Below, piece after piece: positions 33,552 to 43,436 of a DNA stretch of 64,000 bases (within the stretch, counting starts at the first letter, position 1; the number at the start of each line of letters is the position of its first letter). The notes beneath the pieces were generated by a model. It saw nothing but the letters and a program-made list of their open reading frames with translations. It was not told the origin of the DNA and searched no databases. The DNA lies in contig OZ219791.1 in assembly GCA_964291215.2 (NCBI GenBank), positions 992,001 through 1,056,000 on the forward strand, given 5' to 3'. Source of the stretch: Alphaproteobacteria bacterium (GTDB lineage Bacteria; Pseudomonadota; Alphaproteobacteria; MPNO01; UBA830). The position numbers and the translations under genes are program-made.

Positions 33552-34502
33552 ATGAAATATAAATTCAAACTGTTGGTCAGCGTCTTTGCCCTGACCCTTA
33601 TGGCAACGGAAGCGTTGGCGGCGGACTGGACACCGCCCGGTTCGATTAAAATGCTGATTGCCTTTCGGGCCGGTGGCGGCGCCGATACGCAAGCGCGCCT
33701 TATCGCCGAAGCCCTTGAAAGTAAGATGGGCTGGAAGTTCATCCCTGAGCAAGTCACCGGCAAGGGCGGCGTCAACATGCTCAACGCCCTTTCCAAGCAG
33801 CCCAATGACGGAACCGCCATCGGCATGGCCGTCACGGAATCCCTCGGCTACAACTTGGCGACGTCTAAATCCCTGCTCAAAGCGTCCAGTTTTACCGGCC
33901 TCTCGACCACGGCCGGTTTCCAGTTGGGCATCATCGGCCGGACCAAGGATGGCTGGAAAACCATGCGCGACGTGATCGCGTCGGCGAAGGCGGGAAAGAA
34001 AATCCGGCTTGGCACGATGAGCCCCCGGCTGGCCGATCTGACGTTTCTGCTGGAGAAGGCCAACGGCGTTAAATTCAATATCGTGTCCTACCGGGGCGGA
34101 ATAGCGGTCTTGAACGCCATCAACGCGGGTGATGTGGATGTCGGCTATGTTGCCGGTCCGCAGGCCAAAGGCGTCAAGGCCGGGGATTTGGTCGAGCTGG
34201 CATCGGCCCTCTCCAAACCGTTGAACGCCACGCCGAGTGCGCCGACGCTCAGCGACTTGGGCGTTAATTTCAACGCGGACGGCCAGTTCGTCTTTGTCGG
34301 CCCCGGCGGAATGCCGGCCGCGGTGCAGGACGCCTTGGGTAAAGCCATCGCCGGGGTTGTGACCGACCCGGATCAACAGGTCGCGAAGATCATCAAGCGG
34401 GTCTTCGGCGGGGCAATTACGATTACGGGCAAGGAGCTGGACGCCCACTTGCAGCAAGGATACGCCGACGCCGGCAAACTTGCGAAGGCCGTCAACCAGT
34501 AG
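33552..34502 (+). CDS. TctC-family substrate-binding protein
   Basis: Signal peptide, IAFRAGGGADT, GKGG, SYRGG and AINAGDVD. Confidence 0.88.
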   Translation: MKYKFKLLVSVFALTLMATEALAADWTPPGSIKMLIAFRAGGGADTQARLIAEALESKMGWKFIPEQVTGKGGVNMLNALSKQPNDGTAIGMAVTESLGYNLATSKSLLKASSFTGLSTTAGFQLGIIGRTKDGWKTMRDVIASAKAGKKIRLGTMSPRLADLTFLLEKANGVKFNIVSYRGGIAVLNAINAGDVDVGYVAGPQAKGVKAGDLVELASALSKPLNATPSAPTLSDLGVNFNADGQFVFVGPGGMPAAVQDALGKAIAGVVTDPDQQVAKIIKRVFGGAITITGKELDAHLQQGYADAGKLAKAVNQ

Positions 34503-34513
34503 AACGCTGTGAT

Positions 34514-34706
34514 CACGATGATCCCACGCTGCTAATTCGGCGACGACTGGCGAGATTTTTTCAGTTTGCGTCGCGCTGCAATCTTGCCGCCAAGGCTCGA
34601 TAGGACCTTCTCGGCACGAAAATTGCGATCAAGGGGGCGATCTGTGATGACGCGAGCCCCAACGCATTCCGATTTCGCGTCTCCGAATTAGCATGGGATC
34701 ATTGTG
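34514..34706. mobile_element. MITE family B (193 bp), copy 1
   Basis: TIRs CACGATGATCCCA/TGGGATCATTGTG; 9-bp TSD CGCTGTGAT (34505-34513, 34707-34715). Confidence 0.85.
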
Positions 34707-34770
34707 CGCTGTGATCGAGGGTCCGGACGGCATCCGGACCCTAGAACCCTCAAACATCGGAGCATCGCTG

Positions 34771-35337
34771 GTGGATAACCGCTCCAACAGCAACGCCGTC
34801 TTGGGCGGGCTTTGCGTTTTGGCGGCTGCGCTGGTTGCTTTCGTCTGGGTTCCTCTGGACGTTGATTCAGGAGTAATTGAACAAGTCCGCCGGCGTGTTC
34901 AGATCGGCGACAGCCTCGCACCTGTCACTGCGGCCGTCTTTATCGCCCTTGGCGGTTTGGTGCTGCTGTTCGTGGAACGCCGCGCTCCGGACCAGCCCGC
35001 ATTCACCCTGCGAAATCTTCGTTTCGTTGCGCTTTCGGCGGCCATAATCGTAGTCGGATTTCTGATCATGCGGTTTGCCGGCCCGCTCACCGTCGATGTC
35101 GTTAGTCTGCTGACCGGCGGCGAACTGCAATACCGGCTTCTCCGGGATTCGGCGCCTTGGAAGTTCATCGGGTATTTTATCGGCGGTATATTCGTCGTCG
35201 CCGGTTTAATGGCTCAGGCGGAGGGCGGAATAACCCGGAAAAACCTCGGCATAGCCACCGCCGTCGTCATCGCCCTGGTTCTAATCGTCGACGTTCCGTT
35301 CGATGATCTGCTGTTGCCGCCAAACGGTGACGTCTGA
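34771..35337 (+). CDS. TctB-like small membrane subunit
   Basis: Multi-TM protein between tctC and tctA; GTG start after GGAG; C-terminal LLLPPNGDV. Confidence 0.7.
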   Translation: MDNRSNSNAVLGGLCVLAAALVAFVWVPLDVDSGVIEQVRRRVQIGDSLAPVTAAVFIALGGLVLLFVERRAPDQPAFTLRNLRFVALSAAIIVVGFLIMRFAGPLTVDVVSLLTGGELQYRLLRDSAPWKFIGYFIGGIFVVAGLMAQAEGGITRKNLGIATAVVIALVLIVDVPFDDLLLPPNGDV

Positions 35338-36932
35338 TGAGTGTTGGCGACTACATTCTTGAGGGAATCCTGGCATTCTTTCTGGGATCCGAGCTGTTTT
35401 CCATATTCGGCATACCTGTCTCCATCAACATCGCCATGGTGATCGCCGGATTTCTGCTCGGCATCATGGTGGGGGCAACGCCGGGATTGGCGGGACCGGT
35501 CGCTATGGCGATCTCTTTGCCGCTTCTGCTCTCAAGCTTCGGGTACCACGCGTCGGCATTGTTGCCGGTACTGGGATTTCTGATCGGGATCATGAAAGGG
35601 GCGACTGTCGGGGGTGCTGTGCCGGCAATTTTGTTCAATACGCCGGGCACGCCGGATGCCTACATGACCACCCTGGATGGTTTTCCGATGGCGCAGAACG
35701 GGCAGGCCAAGAAGGCGCTGCGCATTGCCCATTTCTCCTCGGCATCCGGCGATACATTCTCGGATCTGGTCCTGTTTGTCTGTGCGCCTTTTTTGGCCAT
35801 CATCATCGAGGCTCATTTGGACCTCCCGGAGAAAACAGCCCTTCTAATCCTCTCCCTCAGTTTTATCGCTGCCGTGATCGGGGGATCACCGGCAAAGGGT
35901 TTGATTTCCACCGGGCTTGGTCTTCTTGCCGTCTTCATCGGGACCGGAGAAGATTTTTATCCCCGCTTATCCTTGGGTACGGATCAACTTGCACGCGGGT
36001 TTCCAATCACCACCGCCGTGCTGGGCGTGCTCATCCTAGGCGCGATCTTCGAAGGGATCGAGGAACTTCTAAAGGAAAACCGGGAAACCGGATTGTTCTC
36101 CGCAGTCCCGGAAAGCGGTGATCAAGTCTTGCGCTGGGCTGATATCCACCGGCTGATGCCCTATATTTCGCGCTCCGCCCTGATCGGGACGGTCATCGGC
36201 GCCTTGCCCGGCATCGGCTCGACCCTGGCGGCGACGCTCGGCTACACCTTCGGCAAATCGCGGCATCAGAAACGTAAGGGTACGGACGATCTGGACTTCG
36301 GTGGAGGCGCCCCTCAAGGCATCGCCGCCACGGAAGCCGCCAACTCCTCCGTGTCGGGCGCGAACCTGATCCCCGTACTGTCCCTCGGCATTCCCGGAAA
36401 TGCGGCTGCTGTTTTTTTGATTTTGGCCGCCGAGAGCATCGGCGGTTTTGTGCCTGGTCCCGCCGTGTTCAAATTTACCACGGATACGGTCAACCCGGAG
36501 CTGGTGATCGCCTTTGGTCTGTTCACGGCCATGGCGTTTGCAAATGTATTGAACTGGACTATCGGCGGGCTCTTCATGCGCTCGATGGGGGTCATGATCC
36601 GCATCCCCAAGCAATTGTTGCTACCGTCCGTCTTGCTGCTTACGCTGACGGCGATCTACATCCAGGAAACCCGGTTGGAAGCAATATGGTTCGCGCTCGG
36701 GTTCGGGGTCTTGGGCTACGCCATGCGGAAACTCGAGATTTCGCCCCTCCCCTTTGTCATCGCCTTTATTCTCGGCGAGAAGCTGGAGCTAGGTGCCCGC
36801 CGGGCCTTTAGCGCAAGCGGAAACGACCCCTTCTTTCTGTTCAGTACGCCGATTGCCACGTTCTTGATGATCCTGGCAATAGGTGTCCTTGTGTATACCG
36901 CCCGGAAGCGGCGCCTTGAGGCTTCGGCATGA
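35337..36932 (+). CDS. TctA-family permease
   Basis: GATPGL, ILFNTPGTP, TTLDGFPMA, GALPGIG, EAANS and LSLGIPG. Confidence 0.9.
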   Translation: MSVGDYILEGILAFFLGSELFSIFGIPVSINIAMVIAGFLLGIMVGATPGLAGPVAMAISLPLLLSSFGYHASALLPVLGFLIGIMKGATVGGAVPAILFNTPGTPDAYMTTLDGFPMAQNGQAKKALRIAHFSSASGDTFSDLVLFVCAPFLAIIIEAHLDLPEKTALLILSLSFIAAVIGGSPAKGLISTGLGLLAVFIGTGEDFYPRLSLGTDQLARGFPITTAVLGVLILGAIFEGIEELLKENRETGLFSAVPESGDQVLRWADIHRLMPYISRSALIGTVIGALPGIGSTLAATLGYTFGKSRHQKRKGTDDLDFGGGAPQGIAATEAANSSVSGANLIPVLSLGIPGNAAAVFLILAAESIGGFVPGPAVFKFTTDTVNPELVIAFGLFTAMAFANVLNWTIGGLFMRSMGVMIRIPKQLLLPSVLLLTLTAIYIQETRLEAIWFALGFGVLGYAMRKLEISPLPFVIAFILGEKLELGARRAFSASGNDPFFLFSTPIATFLMILAIGVLVYTARKRRLEASA

Positions 36933-37993
36933 CGTCCCGGAAACTCCGCATGTGGGCTTCCGGCTGTTCCCATGTTTCATATGACAAAGCAAACGGCCGC
37001 GAGAGTCTGGGCAATGCCATCCGCCAGGTGGAGCGGGATATCGACTGGGATTTCGGAATCAATGTCGGCGATTTTTCAGCCGCTTTCGGCTTGCCGACGG
37101 ACGAGGAGGGAGAAGAAATCGTTCGGCAGTTTCGCACCCTCAGCAAACATCCGCGGGAAGCAATCTACTCCCTGTGCGGCAACCACGACCGTAACGCTCC
37201 GGACCAAGAGGAAGCCGTTTGGTTCCGCAAATATATAGATCCCGTCGGCGAAAACACCGAGACTTCGGGAGTCGATGCCGCCCGCATGCCCTACCCCGTC
37301 ACCGGCACGTTCGAGCGATACCACTTCGATGTCGGCAACATCCGGATTCTGATGATGAGCGACGTCAACGAAATGACCCAGGAGAAGGGGCGCGGAGAAC
37401 TCGGCGGCAACCCCGGCGGCAGCGTTACCCAAGATACCTTCGACTGGTGGGTGGACCAAATCGAATCCAATCACCAGGACAAAATCATTATTGCCGCGCA
37501 TCATTACCTTCTCCACGAAACCACCGTCGCGACGGGTGACTGGGAAGGCATGAAAAAGAACGCCGACGAAGAGTGGACCGCCGACTATCACGGCTATTAC
37601 GCCGAGGGCACGCCCCGGGAAGCGAGCTACCTCTGCTGGGTCGGCGGCAAATTTCGCTCCGGAGTCTTCGAGACGTGGCTTGAGGACAATCCCGGCAAAC
37701 TGGATTTCTGGCTGGGAGGGCATACCCATACCAACCCCGATGACACCCACGGCAACAAAAGCCATATCGAAACCCGGTACGGCGACACCACCTTTGTCAA
37801 CGTGGCGGCATTAACTCGCTGGTTCGTCAAGGATCATGCCATGCCGCATTCCCGAATTTTCACCTTCGAGGATGGCTCGGACCGGGCCTCGATCGAATGC
37901 TATATGCACACGGACGAATACAAACCGCAGGGATTCTACGAGGAGAAAAAAATTGAGATCAGTCTGACCAAACCGTTCTTGTACGATGGTTGA
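36929..37993 (+). CDS. calcineurin-like metallophosphoesterase
   Basis: VGD, GNHD, AAHH and GGHTH motifs; ATGA overlap with tctA. Confidence 0.8.
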   Translation: MTSRKLRMWASGCSHVSYDKANGRESLGNAIRQVERDIDWDFGINVGDFSAAFGLPTDEEGEEIVRQFRTLSKHPREAIYSLCGNHDRNAPDQEEAVWFRKYIDPVGENTETSGVDAARMPYPVTGTFERYHFDVGNIRILMMSDVNEMTQEKGRGELGGNPGGSVTQDTFDWWVDQIESNHQDKIIIAAHHYLLHETTVATGDWEGMKKNADEEWTADYHGYYAEGTPREASYLCWVGGKFRSGVFETWLEDNPGKLDFWLGGHTHTNPDDTHGNKSHIETRYGDTTFVNVAALTRWFVKDHAMPHSRIFTFEDGSDRASIECYMHTDEYKPQGFYEEKKIEISLTKPFLYDG

Positions 37994-38359
37994 TGCTGGA
38001 ACCGCTCGCCCCCAAGCGGAGCATGGAAGCAAATGGTATCTGCTCACCCCTCCGTAGAGGCGGGTTTGGTGTGTTTGTGTTGTGCATTTTGATCATGTCA
38101 GCGGCGTTTCCGGCGAGTGCGATCTGGATGGCGACGAGTGGGTTGTAGCCGAGTGCGGTCATGGAGGTGAGATAGCTTGAGATTCGGCACCAGGCCTCGG
38201 CGTGGAGTCGGGTTCGGAAGCATCCAGACCCCTTGACCTTTGCCATCCGGATTTTCTGCTTGCCGGGGTTGTTGTCGATCATGAAGCGCAGGACGTGTTG
38301 TCGGTTGGATAAAGCGGCGGGATTTCGGCGATTCGCCGCGCTTTTCAGGATCGTGTTTC

Positions 38360-39841
38360 GTAACTGCTCACCCCCTGGTTCCGGCTTGATGTCGGGGTAG
38401 AGTAACGAACGGGTTTTCGTGGAGATTTGACACTGCAGGCCGATTCGTTTAGTGGTGGTAATCGAGAACGACGGGGACCGCCAGTGGGCTACTTTGGATC
38501 GAAGGCGACGAGCGGGCTGTGCCAGCTGCTTCCGGGGCTCCAGCCCCCGCATGATCTGTATGTGGAAACGCATCTCGGAAGCGGCGCGCTGATGAAGCGC
38601 AAGGCCGGGTGATGACGACGGGCGGCGCGCGAGGAGTTCGAAGCGGCCAAGACCGCAACGCTGCGTGCGGCCGGCAAGGTGGCGGAAGAGGCCGTGATCC
38701 GCGTCTTCGTCATCCTCATCGTCGTCCTTCTGGAGAAGACCACGCACGAGCCGGAACTCCGGTCTGCCGCCGTCACAGACGGACAAGAGCGTGCCGGGAG
38801 CAAGGGCCCGAAGCCGAACCGGCAGATGGGCGACAACCTGCGCAAGACCATCGTCGAGGAGACGGTCGCGGCCTGCGACGCCTGCGGCGCTGACATCGAC
38901 GGCCCCGTCGATCGGGAGCGCCGCACGACATCGTGTTCGAGGTCGTCGAGCGCCGCGCCGAGATCAAGGAATGCCCGAAGTGCAAGGGCCGGTTCCCCGA
39001 CAACATCCCGTGCAGTACGGCATCGGCATTCAGGCCCTCGTCATCAACCTGCTGGTCGCCCAGATGCTGTCCCTGCGCCGTGCCGTTGCGTTCGTGCAGG
39101 CGATCTCCGGCATCAAGCTCTCCGAGGCCTCGGCTATGCTTTCACGATGCGTCATGGGAGGAGGCCGCCGTGGCGCACCTCCTGCAACGCCCGATGTCGA
39201 TGATTTCGGATCAACAGTAAGTGGCTCCATGTCGTGGGACCCTGACGTGCAAGTTCCCGCACCGCAAGCGCGGGCAAGAGATCGGCCCGTGCTACAAGGG
39301 CGTCCTGGGCCTCGTACATGGCAGTGTAGCTACCAGCGGCAGCCACCTGCTGCGCGAACTGACCTTTGTCGTCGAGGCTACCGCGCGACTGATGAAGAGC
39401 CTGCTCCGCGAGGTCTGCCACAAGGTCAACAAGAGCGCATCCAAAACCCTGAACGACGTCGGGCGCAAGCGCTACCGCACCATCAGGGCGCCAGGGAACT
39501 GCCCGACATCCCGACGAAAGGAAAACGTGGACGCAAGTTCGATGCGCACAACCTGCACGAACGTCTCGTGAAACACGAAAACCTGCGCTTCACAGACGAC
39601 CCCGACGTCAGCTTCACCAACAATGCCGGAGAACAGAAGATCAGGATGGCAAAGGTCAAGGTGTCCGGATGCTTCCGCTCCACGCAAAAGCATGGTGCCG
39701 GGGCTCAAGCTACCTCACCTCCATGGCCGCACTCGGCTACAATCATCACGTCGCCACCCAGATCGCCCTCGACGGAAAAGCCGCAGACATCATCAACGAG
39801 CACTATGGCCAATCAGAACCCAACAAGGGGTGAGTAGATAC
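38360..39841 (+). mobile_element. IS66 (ISBst12-like) degenerate element with MTase passenger, copy 2
   Basis: Same TIRs as copy 1; 8-bp TSD CGTGTTTC (38352-38359, 39842-39849). Confidence 0.9.
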
Positions 39842-40327
39842 CGTGTTTCTTTACTGTTGTCAGGTCCTGTTGTCGCGGTTTCAGTGTTTGTCTGTTTGTT
39901 TCTGTGGATGCCGCCCGTTTTCTTCCCTGTTGTCATTTCGGTCCGGTTCCGGTTTTTCTGCCGGCATGTGATCCGGGCTCCTGAGGGTTGTCGGGAGGGT
40001 TCTGGTGTTTCGCGGGATCGTCTGCCTTCCCTGTCGCCCGGGTCCTGTTGTCCGGGCCCGGGCGCCCTCGCGACGCCAGCACGAACAGATCAGCCTCGCC
40101 GCAAGGAGCCTTTCCAACGTCAGGACCATCGTCCTCGCAGGACCACGACGAGGCCGGAGAACGTCAGGTCGAAACCCTGCGCACAAGGCTGAAGGTTCCC
40201 CCTTGCCTTTGAGTACCCCCTTGGGTGGCCCCTTGTGGGGTCAGGGTGGTTCGGTAGCGCTTGCGCACGGCCAGGCGGTCAGCCTCGTTCAGGGTCCTGG
40301 ATGCGCTCTTGTTAACCCTGTGGCAGG

Positions 40328-40500
40328 CAGGATGATCCCACGCTGCTAATCCGGCGACGACTGGCGAGATTTTCTCAGTTTGCGTCACGCTGCAATCGTG
40401 CCACCAAGGCTTGATGGAGCCTTCAAGGAGGCGATCTGTGATGATCCGAGCCCCAACGCATTCGGATTTCGCGTCTCCGAATTAGCATGGGATCGTCGTG
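40328..40500. mobile_element. MITE family B, copy 2
   Basis: CAGGATGATCCCA...TGGGATCGTCGTG with 8-bp TSD GTGGCAGG. Confidence 0.8.
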
Positions 40501-41352
40501 GTGGCAGGTCTCGCGCAGCAGTTTCTTCATCAGGCGTGCTCAGCGGTAGCCTCGGCGATGAAGGTCAGTTCCCTGAGCAGGCGGGACCCGCACAGCTGGC
40601 GGGTGCATGGATCGCAGGCCAGCCATGCGGCCCAGCAGTCGTGGGCCAGCGTGCCGGTGTAGCTGATGCCGATCTCCTCGATCGCCTGCCTGCCGCGCCT
40701 GCGATGCAGGAACCTGCACGTCAGGGATCTGGTGTGCCAGGCGAACTGGCAGAAGGCAGGGGGTGGAAGTCCCCCGGAACGAAGGAGTAACCAAACCGCG
40801 TTTCTCCGCGAGCCGTGCGTCGGTTCCCGCGAGGGGGCAGGCGAAGCGTCGGTAGCGGGGCTGATGGGCACCGAAAAGACGATGATCCGGGGTGCCGAGG
40901 TTTTCGGATCGGTCGAAGGCAACATCGCAGGCATCGATTTGGTGAGATGCCGGCGCGCCTCGCGGTGTCAGAGAACCCGTCCGTACGTCTTCTGTCGGGA
41001 CCCTGGGAGATCTTCAAGCTGTCCCGCCTGTCGGGACCGCGCAGGGAAAGGAGAAAGCCGAAGCCTGTGATGAACGGTTTGAAGAAGGGGCCCTGTGAAG
41101 GCGGCGAACAAGGGAGCTTCTGCGGAGTTGCCGGAGGAAAGGGCCTCGAGCTCGTCCCGGGACAACGACCGCGCAAACTGCGCAGCTGCGAGGCAGCCTT
41201 TCATGTTCGCAAGCTCGGCGAGGACATGGATCTCGTCCTCGTGAACGATCGTGCGCGCCGGCATGTCCGGTGCGCTCCGCGCCATGACCGTTCATCGGGC
41301 AGAAAGTTCACATCTGGAGCTCGGCTCCTCTCTTGAGAAGAATACAAAAAAA

Positions 41353-41371
41353 CGTTACCTTGGCGGTAACG
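41353..41371. promoter_or_regulatory. Putative autoregulatory operator of the TA operon
   Basis: IR CGTTACC-TTGGC-GGTAACG just upstream of the toxin ATG. Confidence 0.5.
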
Positions 41372-41388
41372 ATTACCGTTGATCTATC

Positions 41389-41724
41389 ATGGAAATCACC
41401 TTCCGGACTCGCAAGCTCGAAAAGGCGTTCAACTCGGCGGATGCCCTGAGGAAAACCTATGGAGCGAGGATGGCGAGGGTCATGATGACGCGGATGGCTG
41501 TGCTCAGGGCGGCGCGCAGTCTGGTGCTGGTGCCGACTACACCACCGGACAGGCGGCATCAACTTAGCGGAGATCGGCACGAGCAATTTGCTGTGGATCT
41601 CGTCCATCCTTATCGGCTCGTGTTTGAGGCCAACCACGAGCCGGTTCCACGCAGTGAAGATGGCGGGATAGACACAGAGCGGGTGGCGGCGATCACAATT
41701 CTCGATGTGGTTGACTATCATTGA
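41389..41724 (+). CDS. HigB/RelE-like toxin (killer suppression protein type)
   Basis: MEITFRTRKLEK, PPDRRHQLSGDR...FAVDLVHPYRLVF and VVDYH C-terminus. Confidence 0.85.
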   Translation: MEITFRTRKLEKAFNSADALRKTYGARMARVMMTRMAVLRAARSLVLVPTTPPDRRHQLSGDRHEQFAVDLVHPYRLVFEANHEPVPRSEDGGIDTERVAAITILDVVDYH

Positions 41725-41738
41725 CCGAGGAGGGGCAG

Positions 41739-42824
41739 ATGGCGACAGCGACCAACCAATACAGCCCGGACTATGCGGTTCCGCCCGGATGGATTCTCGA
41801 GGAGCGCCTTGATGTCGAGGGGATTTCGCAGGCAGAATTCGCGCGTCGATGCGGTCGTTCTCCAAAGCTGATCAGCGAGATCATCTCGGGTCAGGCTCCG
41901 CTGGAACCGGAAACCGCGCTGCAATTTGAAAAGGTACTTGGCGTCGATGCCGGCGTCTGGCTCGGGATCGAGGCCGACTACCGGCTTCACCGGGCTCGGG
42001 AGGCCGAAGCCGGTGACGCCGCGGCTTCAGCAGAATGGGTCAAGGCTTTCCCCGTCCGGGACCTGGTAAAGCGAGGCTGCTTCCAGCGTCCGGAATCCGA
42101 TGTCGACGCCGTAGCGAAGTTGCTTGCGTTCTTCCGTGTGGGTTCAGTCGATGCCTGGACTGCTCGCTACGGCCTCGCCAATATTGCCTATCGCCACTCC
42201 CGGACCTTCAGGAGCGACGAGGCTGCACTGGCTACTTGGCTCCGACTCGGTGAGATCGAAGCCGAACTGCAGGAGTGCGCGGACTACGGCGAAAGCCGCT
42301 TCAGGCGCGCGGTTCGGACTATCCGCGGCCTGACGCGTGAAGAGATCGTTGAGGCGTTGCCGCAGACTGCAAGGCTATGCAATGAGGCAGGCGTTGCGCT
42401 GGCGCTGGTGAAGCCTTTGCCAAAAACGGCGCTCAGCGGTGCGGCCTGGTGGCTGTCCCCCAGGAAGGCCGTCATCCAACTGACTGCCCGGCACAAGACC
42501 GATGACCATCTGTGGTTCAGCTTCTTCCATGAAGCGGCGCATCTTCTGCTTCACAGCAAGAAAGGAGTTTTTGTCGACGAATCCAACGAAAACGGATCCG
42601 GGCTTGAAACGGAGGCCAATGATTGGGCATCCAATACGCTGATTCCCCAGCGCGCGTGGCAACAGTTTGTCGGGACTTCACCCTGCAGCGCGCATGCCGT
42701 AAGGGCATTCGCCGAGGAACAGGGCATAGCTCCCGGCATTGTCGTCGGCATGCTCCAGCACAAAGGGCTCCTTCCCTGGACGCATCTGAACGCTCTCAAA
42801 GTCCGGTTGGCCTGGAAGTCGTAG
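41739..42824 (+). CDS. HigA-like Xre HTH antitoxin fused to an ImmA/IrrE-type metallopeptidase domain
   Basis: PDYAVPPGWIL...SQAEFARR HTH; WFSFFHEAAH (HExxH) and E..AN. Confidence 0.85.
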   Translation: MATATNQYSPDYAVPPGWILEERLDVEGISQAEFARRCGRSPKLISEIISGQAPLEPETALQFEKVLGVDAGVWLGIEADYRLHRAREAEAGDAAASAEWVKAFPVRDLVKRGCFQRPESDVDAVAKLLAFFRVGSVDAWTARYGLANIAYRHSRTFRSDEAALATWLRLGEIEAELQECADYGESRFRRAVRTIRGLTREEIVEALPQTARLCNEAGVALALVKPLPKTALSGAAWWLSPRKAVIQLTARHKTDDHLWFSFFHEAAHLLLHSKKGVFVDESNENGSGLETEANDWASNTLIPQRAWQQFVGTSPCSAHAVRAFAEEQGIAPGIVVGMLQHKGLLPWTHLNALKVRLAWKS

Positions 42825-43089
42825 CTGTGAGCGTCTCGGCACCGCCGCTTCGCTCCGGAAACCGCAGGCCCGGACTCGATCAGCACACACGAGGCGGCAA
42901 AACCGTCTTGGCCGGGTCGACCACCGCGGTTGCGGTCAGTGCGTGCCTGAAAAGGGCCTGCTGAACGTCGAGGTTCATCAAGTCGTGCGCCACGTTGATG
43001 CAGCGCAGCCCGGGACGCATGGACTCGCACTCCGTCAACACCACGAAATCCGCCGTGTCCCGGGTCACCGCCCCGTATCGGTTTCACCT

Positions 43090-43436
43090 GTAAGCGTTCG
43101 TTCGTGCGGTGAGGTGTTGTTGTTTTCGTCCGTTTGACGGGCTTTTGTCAGGGAGTTCCAGCGTCACCCGGAGCGGTTTCGTGCACCGGGATGCGCGGTG
43201 AGGGGCACTGGCGCCATGCCGTGTTTTCCGCATTGGTTGCGGTTTTGTCCCGGCGCTGCGGAGGAGGAGCTGAGCGCCATCCTGTGCCGGTTGCAGGGGT
43301 CTGAGGGTCCGCTCCTTGCGGAGCGGGCCAGATGTCCTTCTTCGGCTTCTGTCATGTCGGTCGTAGCGGCCGCACCCCCCCTGGTTGTTCCGACGCGGAT
43401 CCGGCCCGCGGCCCGGCAGACGCCGCGGCGCGGGAC
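43090..43436 (-). mobile_element. IS66 end remnant
   Basis: Canonical GTAAGCGTTC terminus at 43090; interior not interpretable. Confidence 0.4.

Larger units (their letters stand above)
38036..40790 (-). pseudogene. IS66 transposase remnant hosting nested insertions
   Basis: End GTATCTGCTCACCCC; QKIRMAKVKGSGCFRT...LGYNPL, AHDCWAAW and LCGSRLLREL; left boundary approximate. Confidence 0.7.
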
